From IMG/VR virus record IMGVR_UViG_3300036784_000120, positions 1 to 64,000 of that record: a stretch of DNA of 64,000 nt, one strand, 5' to 3'. The translations under genes and the position numbers were made by a program. Positions 17,323-25,804 of the stretch are shown here, in pieces (position 1 is the first letter of the stretch; each line of letters begins with the position of its first letter). The notes beneath the pieces are model-generated. The model was not told the origin of the DNA and ran no database searches. It saw only the letters and a program-made list of their open reading frames with translations. The stretch comes from a virus (Duplodnaviria > Caudoviricetes).

Positions 17323-18045
17323 ATGAAGCTGATACCCCGTGCTGCCGTCCCCGCCGCTGTGGCGGTCGCGGCGGTGCTGGTCCTGGGAGGCGGTACCGCG
17401 CTCGCGGTCACGTCCGCCTCGTCCTCGTCGCCGTCGACCCAGAAGGGCGCGTGCGTGAGGAACGACAGCAACTCGTTCACCACCTCGCGGTGGTGGCAGC
17501 ACGGCAGCCCGGCCGTGTGCCAGGCAGGCTGGAGCTGGTGGCCGAACGGCCCGTCCAGCGGCGGTGCGCAGGGCCCGGCAGGACCGCAGGGACCGGCAGG
17601 ACCGGCGGGACCGGCAGGACCGAGCGGCGTGCAGGCGCTTACCACGACGACGCTCACGGAACACGACGGCATCGCTGCCGGCGGCAGTTTCTTCGCTCTC
17701 TCCACTGAGGTCGGCACCATGGACCTCGCGGCGGGCGCGTACCAGGTGTGCGTGAACGGCAAGGTGGAGCAGCCGACCGCCAGCACCGGGCAGCTCAGCG
17801 CGCAGCTATTCCTGTACGACCAGGTGAAGAACGCCGGCTTCGCGGGTGACCTGCTGAACGTCAGCACGCCCACCCAGGGCGGCACCACCCATGACGCCTA
17901 CCTCAACGGCTGCACCCTGATCAGCGAAACCGCCGCCGTCACCCTGCGCCTGTACGCCTTCGGGTACCTCAGCAATTCAGGGTCGGCCATGTTCAACCTG
18001 ATGGGCGGCACGATCTCCGCCATCAAGCTGACCCCGGCGGCCTGA
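17323..18045 (+). CDS. Secreted protein with short collagen-like (Gly-X-Y) segment
   Basis: GAAAGGA RBS; signal peptide ending ALA; GAQGPAGPQGPAGPAGPAGPSG. Confidence 0.75.
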   Translation: MKLIPRAAVPAAVAVAAVLVLGGGTALAVTSASSSSPSTQKGACVRNDSNSFTTSRWWQHGSPAVCQAGWSWWPNGPSSGGAQGPAGPQGPAGPAGPAGPSGVQALTTTTLTEHDGIAAGGSFFALSTEVGTMDLAAGAYQVCVNGKVEQPTASTGQLSAQLFLYDQVKNAGFAGDLLNVSTPTQGGTTHDAYLNGCTLISETAAVTLRLYAFGYLSNSGSAMFNLMGGTISAIKLTPAA

Positions 18046-18226
18046 CCTACGGGGACCGTCCCGCCGCAGGGTCATTGAAACGGCTTCGCGGCGGGGCGGC
18101 AGGGCTAGGATTCGCGCGAGTTTCATTGGACGTGACCGCCTGCACGTGGAAAAGTACAGGAAGTTAAAAACCCGGCCGCGGGAACGACCGGGCACACCAG
18201 CATCATCAATCAAGGGGAATCTTACC

Positions 18227-19150
18227 GTGGCAGCAGCAGCGCATCTAGACCCGTTCCGCCTGGCCGACGCGCCCGCCCCCGACGGGGCCGAAGATGTCCG
18301 CGCGGTGATGACCGAGATCACCCCGGACATGGCCGCGCAGTGGATGAAAGACCACCAGCAGGCCGTCGCAGCGAAACGGGCGGCCGGCGGCGGCACGGCG
18401 CGGGACAACCGGCCAGTCCGGTGGGGTGATGTCGCCAAGTACGCCCGCGACATGACGGCCGGGAATTGGCGGCGCAACGGCGAGACAGTCAAGCGGGCCA
18501 CCGACGGCACCGTCCCGGACGGGCAGCACCGACTGTACGCCTGCATGCAGGCCGAGGTGCCGTTCTGGTCCCTGGTCGTCACCGGGGTCGCACCGGACGC
18601 GCAGGACACGATCGACACCGGTATCAGGCGGAAACTGTCGGACCAGCTCGCCATCGGGAACGAGAAAAACGCGGTGATTCTCGCGTCGGTGGCCCGCTGG
18701 TCGCTGCGCTGGCTGCACGGGGTCCGCGGCGGCACCAGCAGGGGCGGCGGGTTCGACCCGACCTATTCGGAGGTGCTCGACTTCATTGAGCTGACCCCGC
18801 AGCTGCGTGACGCCACCCAGTTCGCGGTGCACGCACGGGAGGTATTCAAGCCTGTCCGCGCCTCGGTGTACGGCGTCGCGTGGATGCTGTTCAACGGCAT
18901 CAACGACATCGCCGCGAAGGTGTTCCTCGACGGGGTGACCGCCGGCGCGGACCTGCCGGCCGGGCATTCCGCGCTGGCGTTCCGGACACGGATGCTGAAT
19001 GCGGCGCTGTCCGATGAGCGGCTGAACGAATCGGAGCAGCTCGCGCTCATGATCTTCGCGTGGAACGCGTTCCGGGAAGACCGGAAAATGGCGGTGGTGC
19101 AACTCCCGAAGGGCGGGCTGACCGCGCAGAACTTCCCCGAGCCGAAGTGA
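18227..19150 (+). CDS. DGQHR-motif (ParB/Srx-like) protein
   Basis: ITPDMAAQW...NRP...YARDM..G.W..NGE...DGQHRL. Confidence 0.7.
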   Translation: MAAAAHLDPFRLADAPAPDGAEDVRAVMTEITPDMAAQWMKDHQQAVAAKRAAGGGTARDNRPVRWGDVAKYARDMTAGNWRRNGETVKRATDGTVPDGQHRLYACMQAEVPFWSLVVTGVAPDAQDTIDTGIRRKLSDQLAIGNEKNAVILASVARWSLRWLHGVRGGTSRGGGFDPTYSEVLDFIELTPQLRDATQFAVHAREVFKPVRASVYGVAWMLFNGINDIAAKVFLDGVTAGADLPAGHSALAFRTRMLNAALSDERLNESEQLALMIFAWNAFREDRKMAVVQLPKGGLTAQNFPEPK

Positions 19151-19151
19151 G

Positions 19152-19340
19152 GTGCCCGTGAGGACAAGGACCAGGCTCAAAGACCCGGTGACGAGGACCG
19201 CGGCCTTCCCGGTCACCGTCACGCGGCTCCCGGTCGTCACCTGCGCCGAATGCGGGCAGTCGATGGCGTACCAGCCGGGGCCCGGCAACGCTGCCGCGGT
19301 GCTCACCGAGCACTACCAGCGCGAGCACACCGAGGAATGA
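19152..19340 (+). CDS. Small Zn-finger protein
   Basis: CAEC...H....H. Confidence 0.55.
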   Translation: MPVRTRTRLKDPVTRTAAFPVTVTRLPVVTCAECGQSMAYQPGPGNAAAVLTEHYQREHTEE

Positions 19341-19606
19341 GTAAGGCCCCGGACGGGTCCGCCCCGGCGGTAGCCGAGTACCCGTTCACCGACCTGATCA
19401 GCGGCCGGGAATGCGTGCTGGTCATCCCGCCGGGCGGCCGCATGTACCCGCTGCCGGGGCAGCCGAAAACCGGGATCCGGCATCCGGGCTGCGACCACCT
19501 GGCGGACCTGGCTGTGGGACTGGACGCGTTCTTGTGCCTGGCCTGCCGGTGGAGCGGCCGGATATCCGGCGCCTGGGCAACGGACATGATCCGGAAGGCG
19601 CCGTGA
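19337..19606 (+). CDS. Hypothetical protein
   Basis: ATGA overlap; CLAC. Confidence 0.55.
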   Translation: MSKAPDGSAPAVAEYPFTDLISGRECVLVIPPGGRMYPLPGQPKTGIRHPGCDHLADLAVGLDAFLCLACRWSGRISGAWATDMIRKAP

Positions 19607-20247
19607 TGTTTGAGCGGTTCACCGACCGGGCCCGCCGCTCCGTGGTTCTCGCGCAGGAACAGGCCCGGATGCTGCACCACCGGGAGATCGACGTTGATCA
19701 TATGCTCCTCGGCCTCGCCGCCGAGGGGGAAGGGGTCGCGTTCAAGGCGCTGTCCGCGGCCGGGCAGAGCCTGCCGGGGCTGCGGATCGCTGTGGAGGAA
19801 AGCCGGGTGCCGGGTATCACGGCGGTCCCCGGGCACCTGCCGTTCACCCGCGAGCTCAAGCGGGCGCTCGAGAACGGGCTGCGGGAGTCGCTGCTGCTCG
19901 GCCACACCTATATCGGGACTGAGCATCTGCTGCTCGGCCTGATGCGGGACTGCGAGACCCGGGATGTCAGCCCGGTCACCGCGGTCCTGGCAATGTGCGG
20001 CACAACCCCGCAGGAGATCCGCGAGCAGGTCATGATCCTGCTGCGCGGCTACGGGGACGTGCCCGCCGAGCCCGAGACCGCCGCCGCTCCCCCGGGCGTG
20101 CAGTCACTTCCCCCGGGCGTGCAGGCGCTCGCCGACGGGCTGGATGAGATCATCCGCATCGCGCAGGGCATGAGACGGGACCTGGATGCCCTGGGCGCGG
20201 ACCCGCCGTCAGTAGACGGGCTGGGTGCCGGCGAAGATGACCGGTGA
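19606..20247 (+). CDS. Stand-alone Clp N-terminal (double Clp-R) domain protein
   Basis: MFERFTDRARRSVVLAQEQAR...HMLLGL and LPFT...GHTYIGTEHLLLGL; no AAA+ module. Confidence 0.88.
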   Translation: MFERFTDRARRSVVLAQEQARMLHHREIDVDHMLLGLAAEGEGVAFKALSAAGQSLPGLRIAVEESRVPGITAVPGHLPFTRELKRALENGLRESLLLGHTYIGTEHLLLGLMRDCETRDVSPVTAVLAMCGTTPQEIREQVMILLRGYGDVPAEPETAAAPPGVQSLPPGVQALADGLDEIIRIAQGMRRDLDALGADPPSVDGLGAGEDDR

Positions 20248-23200
20248 CTCGGGTGTGCCGGTGATCTTCGACCACACGTCGTAGCTCTGCCCGGCGGTGA
20301 GGGTGACGACCCCTCCCCCGGGCCCGACGAGACTCTGCGCGACGTAGCCTCGGCCGGTGCCGCCGAGCAGCCACGACGCCGTGTACCAGGTGACCGGCTG
20401 CGCGGGCGCGGCCGGGTGCCCGCTTGAGACGGGGAACGCCATCTGCACCGGCAGCAGGGACTGGCCCGCAGTCTGCCCGGTCGGGTCGATCGTCGTGCCG
20501 TCGAGGTCGGAGGTCCACAGGACGTTGATCTCCGCGAGAGACAGCGCGGATATGGGTGCGTAAAGGGTCGTCATGATCTTCCACCTTGCTGATGACGGCT
20601 GGGCTGTCCAGCGGTTCCGGGGTCTGGCGTCTGTTTTCCATCGCGTGCCGGCCGCCCCGGCGTGCCACCGCCCCGCCCCGGGGTAGCCGTGCCATCTGGC
20701 GGCGGCAGCGGCGGCCAGCCAGGTGATGGTGCCCGTGCCGGACCCGCCGGTGACCGTGCAGGTGACGGTGATTACGCCGGTCCCGGACAGGGCCGCGCCG
20801 GCGGGCGGGGTGAACCCGGTCGTGAGCACCCCGGACCCGGTGAGGGTGACAGTGACCTGAAGGGTCCACGCCGCGGTGAGCGTCCCGGTGCCGGACAGGG
20901 CGGCGGTGGCCCCGAGCGTCACCGTGACCGTCAGCGTCCCGGTCCCGGAAACCGCCACTCCCGGCAGCTGCGTGACCGCCGTGCTGAGGATGCCGGTGCC
21001 CGACAGGAGGGCGGCGCCCTCGCCGCCTTCGGCGACCGTGGCGGTGCCGGTGCCCGACAGGGACACGGTGACCAGCTGAACGACAGCGGTGGCCATCGTC
21101 CCGGACCCGGACAGCGCGGCGGTGGGCTGCTGGGTGACGGCGGTGGTGAGGGTTCCCGACCCGGCCAGCGCGGCACCGGGCTCGAGGATCCAGGCGGTGG
21201 CCAGCGTGCCCGTGCCGGACAGCGCCGCCCCGGCCTTGAGCACCCAGGCGGTCGTGAGGGTGCCCGCCCCGGACGCGGCCACGGCAGGCTGCTGCGTGAC
21301 CGCTGTCGTGAGGGTACCGCTGCCGGACAGGCCAGCTGAAGGCAGTTGCGTCACCGCCGTGGCCAGTGTGCCGGTGCCGGACAGGCCGGCGGTCGGCTGC
21401 TGCGTCACAGCGGTGGTGAGCGTGCCGGTGCCGGACAGGCCGGCGGTCGGCTGCTGCGTCACAGCGGTGGTGAGCGTGCCGGTGCCCGACAGGCCGGCGG
21501 TCGGCTGCTGCGTGACCGCGGTGGTGAGTGTCCCGGTGCCCGCGAGGGTGACGGAGGCGGCCAGTGTCCAGGCCGTGGCCAGCGTGCCGGTACCGGACAG
21601 GGTGGTCGCACCGGACAGGACAGGCGAACCCGGTGCGAGCAGCATCACCGTGCCGAACTTCTGCCCCGCATCCCCCCACCCCGGAGCCTGCGCGCTCACC
21701 GCGCAGTTCGGGTTGTATGCGAAGCCGTTGCCATTCGCGTCGAGCTGGTACGTGAAACCGGCCGTGGAGCCTAGCGTGGCAGTGCCGCTGTCCAGCGCGA
21801 ACCCGATGTACATCTCATTTGCGGCTGACGGGGTAAGGCTGGGCCACGTGGCAGTACCGGAACCGTCAAGGTTGGCCTGCTGGTCGAGAGACACCTGCCC
21901 GGTAGCCGACAGGACTTCCTGCCCGGCGACCCGCAGCGTCGTCGGGGTGACGCCGCTCCAGCCCACTGTGACAGTGCCAGGGGTCGTGGACGTGACCTGC
22001 CCGATAAAGCACGTGGACCGCCACGCGTTAACCGACCCGGCAAAACTCGAACCTATCTGCGCCCACGTGCAGTTAGGCGACGACACGGACGGAGTGCTGG
22101 ACTGGGTGTCTTCCTGTATGACCTCAAGGAAAACGAAGTCGCCGGTCGCGGCAGGTGCCAGCGTGAACGTACTGCTGGTGGCGTTTATCAGGGAGCCGAC
22201 CGGCGTAAATTGGTTAGGTGCGGCAACGTTGACCGCCTGCTGCCTGCGGCGGAACCTGCGCCCCCACTGCTGACCGCCGGGCTGCGTCACGGACGAGGTG
22301 GCCTGGGCGGCAACCGGGCCTAGATATCCGATATTGCTAAGGCCCAGGTCATCCATCCAGAACGGGCCCTGGTTGGCAGAGCTGCCCGTGAGTCCATAGC
22401 TGTAAATGTTGGCCGTGGACCCGGTGTTAAATGCCGCAGCCGACGTATTGATCTCATCAGGGACCACGCTGTCCATGGTCTTGAATAGCTGCTGCTCTAC
22501 CTGGCCGACGGTGGCAGAGATAGTGACGAAACCCTCAATGCGGAACCACTGATTCAGCGGGATCGTGGCAGTGCTTGTCAAAATAGAGGTCGAACTAGCG
22601 CCACGGAAATTAAGCGTGCCGTTGCTGAGGATTTGAACAAACGACTGAGCGGTAGTGCCGTTGAACGCGACCCAGAGACGTGCGTTAGCTGTCGGGAAGG
22701 CGGTGAAGTACAGGTACATCCGGAACCAGACCGTAGTCTGGGTGCCCATCGACGTGGACCAGCTCAAGTCTGATGGAGTGGCTGTGGTGCCGGTCGCAAC
22801 CTCGTAAGCCAGAGTCCCGTGCGCGACATGCGTGTTGTCAAAGATCCCGACCGCGCCAACGCCCGTGTTAGCTACTACATCGAACGCATTACCAGACGCC
22901 CCGCCACTGTTGGCTGCGGTAAAAGTGGTTCCGTTAGTGCCGCCCTCAGCGCTGTTGGTCAGGTTTCCCGCCGGGCCAAGCAATGCTGTATCTGATATGC
23001 CCAGGTCATCGAAAAACCAAGGGCCAGCCGCGATGCTGACCAGGCCATATTGTCCAGAGCCGATAGTGCCGCGTGTGGCCCGTCCCGTCAGGTTAAACGT
23101 TCCGCCGGTTATCGGCGTGGTGCTGTCCCCGAGGTAGACGTTGGAATCCACGGTCCCGACTGTGGCGTCGCCATGAATGTGCAGCTCGATGCGGTACCAC

Positions 23201-23583
23201 GTGTTCAGTGACAGAACAGGGGAAATCGCAGTATTGTTGGCCAAGTTCTGGTCGGAGAAGAACAACTGGTTAGCCGTGTTTATCTGGAACCGGCCATTGC
23301 GCCCGGCGGCGCTCTGCACGTCCAGCACCACCGCCGTGGCAGTGGGCGCGGACGGCAAGAACAGGTAGAGCCGGAAATATGCGTCAAGCACCTCAGCGGG
23401 CAGCGTCCAGTTGACATGTGCGACGGTGCTCACCGACATGGATGAGCCACTGTGCATCGCCGGGGTGTTGGAATAATTGACTGTGCCGGTTACTGATGTA
23501 AACGCAGTCCCGTTACTACCTGAGTTAGCCGCAGTGATAGCAGTCCCGTTCGGCCCGTCAAGACCGTTAGTCCAGGTAACCAC
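20209..23583 (-). CDS. Long tail fibre/receptor-binding-like protein with repeats; possible internal start at 20574
   Basis: Two beta-sandwich-like repeats (WYRIE/WFRIE), ~18-aa LSGTGTL repeats, C-terminal domain MTTLYAP... Confidence 0.7.
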   Translation of the reverse strand: MVTWTNGLDGPNGTAITAANSGSNGTAFTSVTGTVNYSNTPAMHSGSSMSVSTVAHVNWTLPAEVLDAYFRLYLFLPSAPTATAVVLDVQSAAGRNGRFQINTANQLFFSDQNLANNTAISPVLSLNTWYRIELHIHGDATVGTVDSNVYLGDSTTPITGGTFNLTGRATRGTIGSGQYGLVSIAAGPWFFDDLGISDTALLGPAGNLTNSAEGGTNGTTFTAANSGGASGNAFDVVANTGVGAVGIFDNTHVAHGTLAYEVATGTTATPSDLSWSTSMGTQTTVWFRMYLYFTAFPTANARLWVAFNGTTAQSFVQILSNGTLNFRGASSTSILTSTATIPLNQWFRIEGFVTISATVGQVEQQLFKTMDSVVPDEINTSAAAFNTGSTANIYSYGLTGSSANQGPFWMDDLGLSNIGYLGPVAAQATSSVTQPGGQQWGRRFRRRQQAVNVAAPNQFTPVGSLINATSSTFTLAPAATGDFVFLEVIQEDTQSSTPSVSSPNCTWAQIGSSFAGSVNAWRSTCFIGQVTSTTPGTVTVGWSGVTPTTLRVAGQEVLSATGQVSLDQQANLDGSGTATWPSLTPSAANEMYIGFALDSGTATLGSTAGFTYQLDANGNGFAYNPNCAVSAQAPGWGDAGQKFGTVMLLAPGSPVLSGATTLSGTGTLATAWTLAASVTLAGTGTLTTAVTQQPTAGLSGTGTLTTAVTQQPTAGLSGTGTLTTAVTQQPTAGLSGTGTLATAVTQLPSAGLSGSGTLTTAVTQQPAVAASGAGTLTTAWVLKAGAALSGTGTLATAWILEPGAALAGSGTLTTAVTQQPTAALSGSGTMATAVVQLVTVSLSGTGTATVAEGGEGAALLSGTGILSTAVTQLPGVAVSGTGTLTVTVTLGATAALSGTGTLTAAWTLQVTVTLTGSGVLTTGFTPPAGAALSGTGVITVTCTVTGGSGTGTITWLAAAAAARWHGYPGAGRWHAGAAGTRWKTDARPRNRWTAQPSSARWKIMTTLYAPISALSLAEINVLWTSDLDGTTIDPTGQTAGQSLLPVQMAFPVSSGHPAAPAQPVTWYTASWLLGGTGRGYVAQSLVGPGGGVVTLTAGQSYDVWSKITGTPESPVIFAGTQPVY
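20780..21600 (-). repeat. Coding tandem repeats of ~54 bp (LSGTGTLTTAVTQQPTAG)
   Basis: Near-identical consecutive units around 21330-21540, degenerate flanking units. Confidence 0.85.
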
Positions 23584-23589
23584 GGAACC

Positions 23590-24171
23590 TCAGTTCAGGC
23601 CGAACAATGCCATCTGCTGGAGAGTCGTGGTGTTGCCGGCCGCGCTAGCCGACCAGGTGCCCCATAGCTCAAGGGCTGCTGCGCTGGCCGGGTTGAGCCC
23701 GGTGAACGCGCCCTGGAACTGGACCGTCTGCGCCGCTGAGCTGAGCACGCCGGTCGCGACGACGGACATCTGGAGCCTGCCGTTGACCTGGATGGACAGG
23801 CCGTTCAGCGCGCCGATCTGCGTCGGGGTGATCCAGGCGTCCAGGAACCAGAGGCAGGTGGTGGCAGCTGTCGGCGCGAGCGTCGGCCAGAAGGTCGCGA
23901 TGTTGGTGCCGAGCGTGCCGGGCGTCGGGTCCCAGCCGAGCACGCCCTGGAACGTGGCCGCTGCGGTGGTGGCGATCGTGCCCTCGGCATGCAGCCATAT
24001 CGGACGGCCCAGTCCTTCGGCTCCGCCCTGCCAGTACCCTGCCCTGACGCTGGCCACGTCGGCTGTGGCTGCTGGCGCGGAGAACACCGCCTGGGTCGTG
24101 TACGTGTTCTTGGTGACTGGTGCAGGCAGGCCGTACAGCACCTCAGCCTGCGTCATCGTGTAGCCGGACAT
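23590..24171 (-). CDS. Virion structural protein (Ala/Thr/Gly-rich)
   Basis: GGAGGG RBS; composition; position in tail module. Confidence 0.6.
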   Translation of the reverse strand: MSGYTMTQAEVLYGLPAPVTKNTYTTQAVFSAPAATADVASVRAGYWQGGAEGLGRPIWLHAEGTIATTAAATFQGVLGWDPTPGTLGTNIATFWPTLAPTAATTCLWFLDAWITPTQIGALNGLSIQVNGRLQMSVVATGVLSSAAQTVQFQGAFTGLNPASAAALELWGTWSASAAGNTTTLQQMALFGLN

Positions 24172-24245
24172 TTCAGGCTGCCCTCCGGGGTGTCACCAGC
24201 CGGTGAGCACCGCGCCGCTGCCAGGCCGAGTTGAGAGAGGGCATC

Positions 24246-24665
24246 TCACCACCCGGTCGCCGTCAGTGTGATGGATGCCGCAGCGAACTGGAGCGTGTTC
24301 CCGGCGTTGACCGTCACCGATCCGCCGGTCAGCGCGCCGTAAATCCACCGGAGCGGCGTCGCGGCGGTGTCCCAGATTTCGATGCCCGCCACGGTGAAAC
24401 CGGCGCCGGTCGCGGTCCAGGACACGCCGCCGGTGCCCGGCGGGGAGATCGCCGCGGTGGTCCCGGAGATGGTGGAGGGGGCGGTGTATGACGAGCCGAG
24501 CGCGGTGTACCCGTTCGCGGTGGTAAGTTCGGTGCCGTTGGCGGATCCGGTGCCGTTGGCGGACATGAGCCGCAGGTGCCAGCCGGCGGGCACGACCGGC
24601 CAGGTCGCGCCGGTGATGATGCTGTTCAGCATGGAGGTGACCCGGTTCAGGTCGGTCATCGCCAT
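24246..24665 (-). CDS. Tail-associated beta protein, paralog of 24924-25370
   Basis: HLRLM...GTE...GY...GIEIWDTA.TPLRW..G.L...V..G.T.QFAASIT. Confidence 0.7.
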   Translation of the reverse strand: MAMTDLNRVTSMLNSIITGATWPVVPAGWHLRLMSANGTGSANGTELTTANGYTALGSSYTAPSTISGTTAAISPPGTGGVSWTATGAGFTVAGIEIWDTAATPLRWIYGALTGGSVTVNAGNTLQFAAASITLTATGW

Positions 24666-24666
24666 G

Positions 24667-24906
24667 TCAGCCGCCCACTTCCCCGGCCATGACCGTGATG
24701 GTGACCGGGCGGCAGGACGAGTCGCCGCTGCCGGCGACCGCCTGCGCGTGGTCGTCGTGCGAGGTGTGCACCGTGCAGCAGGATCCGTCCGGGGAGCCGG
24801 GCGGGTCATCCGCCGGGGTGCGGCACTGCGCCGCGGCGTCGGGGGCGGCGTTGTTGCTGGTGATCCCCCAGCCGCCGCAGTTGTCGCACTGGACGTGAAG
24901 CGCCAC
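24667..24906 (-). CDS. Small Cys/His-rich protein
   Basis: VQCDNC...CC...H..HDDH...CRPV. Confidence 0.6.
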   Translation of the reverse strand: MALHVQCDNCGGWGITSNNAAPDAAAQCRTPADDPPGSPDGSCCTVHTSHDDHAQAVAGSGDSSCRPVTITVMAGEVGG

Positions 24907-24923
24907 CAGACCGCTCCTCTCCC

Positions 24924-25370
24924 CTATTCGGCTGTCGCGTTGAGAGTGATCGCCGAGGCGGCGAACTGAACCGTGTCACCGTTCACTACGCCGGTGATGT
25001 TGCTGGTCAAAGTGCCCTGGAACCAGCGCAGCGGCGTGCCGGCGGTGTCCCAGATTTCGATGCCGAGGATCGTTGACCAGGTGCCGGTCGCCGACCAGGA
25101 CACCGAGTTGGCGTTGGATGCGGTCGGTGCGGTGGTGGAGAACGACCCGAACGGGGATGACGCGCCGAGCGACGAGCCGCCCGCCGTGTACCCGGGGCAG
25201 GTGCCGGACGTGGATTCGGTGCCGTTGGAGGCGTTGACGTTCCCGTTCCCGGAACCCATCGTGGTCATCAGCCGCAGGTGGTACGGCTGGGTGATGGTCA
25301 GGGCACCGCCGGCGTTGAGCGCGAGGTTCAGGAACGCGGCGGTGCGGCCGGTGTCGGTCATGTACGGCAT
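24924..25370 (-). CDS. Tail-associated beta protein, paralog of 24246-24665
   Basis: HLRLMT...GIEIWDTAGTPLRWFQG...GDTVQFAASAIT. Confidence 0.7.
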   Translation of the reverse strand: MPYMTDTGRTAAFLNLALNAGGALTITQPYHLRLMTTMGSGNGNVNASNGTESTSGTCPGYTAGGSSLGASSPFGSFSTTAPTASNANSVSWSATGTWSTILGIEIWDTAGTPLRWFQGTLTSNITGVVNGDTVQFAASAITLNATAE

Positions 25371-25371
25371 G

Positions 25372-25722
25372 TCACACCGCCGCCAGGATCTCGCCGACAG
25401 TCGCGAAGTGCACGACGGGGCGGCACACGGTGCAGCCGTCGACGCCGATGCCGCAGTGGCCGCCGGGGCAGTCCTCCCCCGCCGGGGTGAGCCTGATGCA
25501 GGCTGCGGGGTTCGGGTGCGGGCACGGCTGCCCGGGGTGCCCCTCTCCCCCGTTCCCGGGGCAGGCCGCGGCCGCCTGGCCGTGGTGGTGGACCTGCCCG
25601 GTTTCGTCTGTCCGCGTGCAGCAGCCGCACCAGGTGTGCGCGTGCGGGTCGGCGCCGTCCTCGAGCTGGGCGACGGCGAGGCACTGCTGGCATTGCACGC
25701 GCTTGGTGGCGGGCTGCGTCAT
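25372..25722 (-). CDS. Cys/His-rich protein
   Basis: VQCQQC...CGCC...HHHG...CTVCRPV. Confidence 0.65.
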   Translation of the reverse strand: MTQPATKRVQCQQCLAVAQLEDGADPHAHTWCGCCTRTDETGQVHHHGQAAAACPGNGGEGHPGQPCPHPNPAACIRLTPAGEDCPGGHCGIGVDGCTVCRPVVHFATVGEILAAV

Positions 25723-25751
25723 GCTGTCTCCGGTCTCGCGTCCTGGGACAC

Positions 25752-25786
25752 AGCCTAGCCCGAATGCACGTGCATATGCACGTGCA
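25752..25786 (-). promoter_or_regulatory. Putative late promoter, copy 1
   Basis: TGCACGTGCA-TA-TGCACGTGCA, 7 nt, then -10 TAGGCT on minus strand. Confidence 0.65.
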
Positions 25787-25804
25787 GCGGCACATGCAGC
25801 AGGG

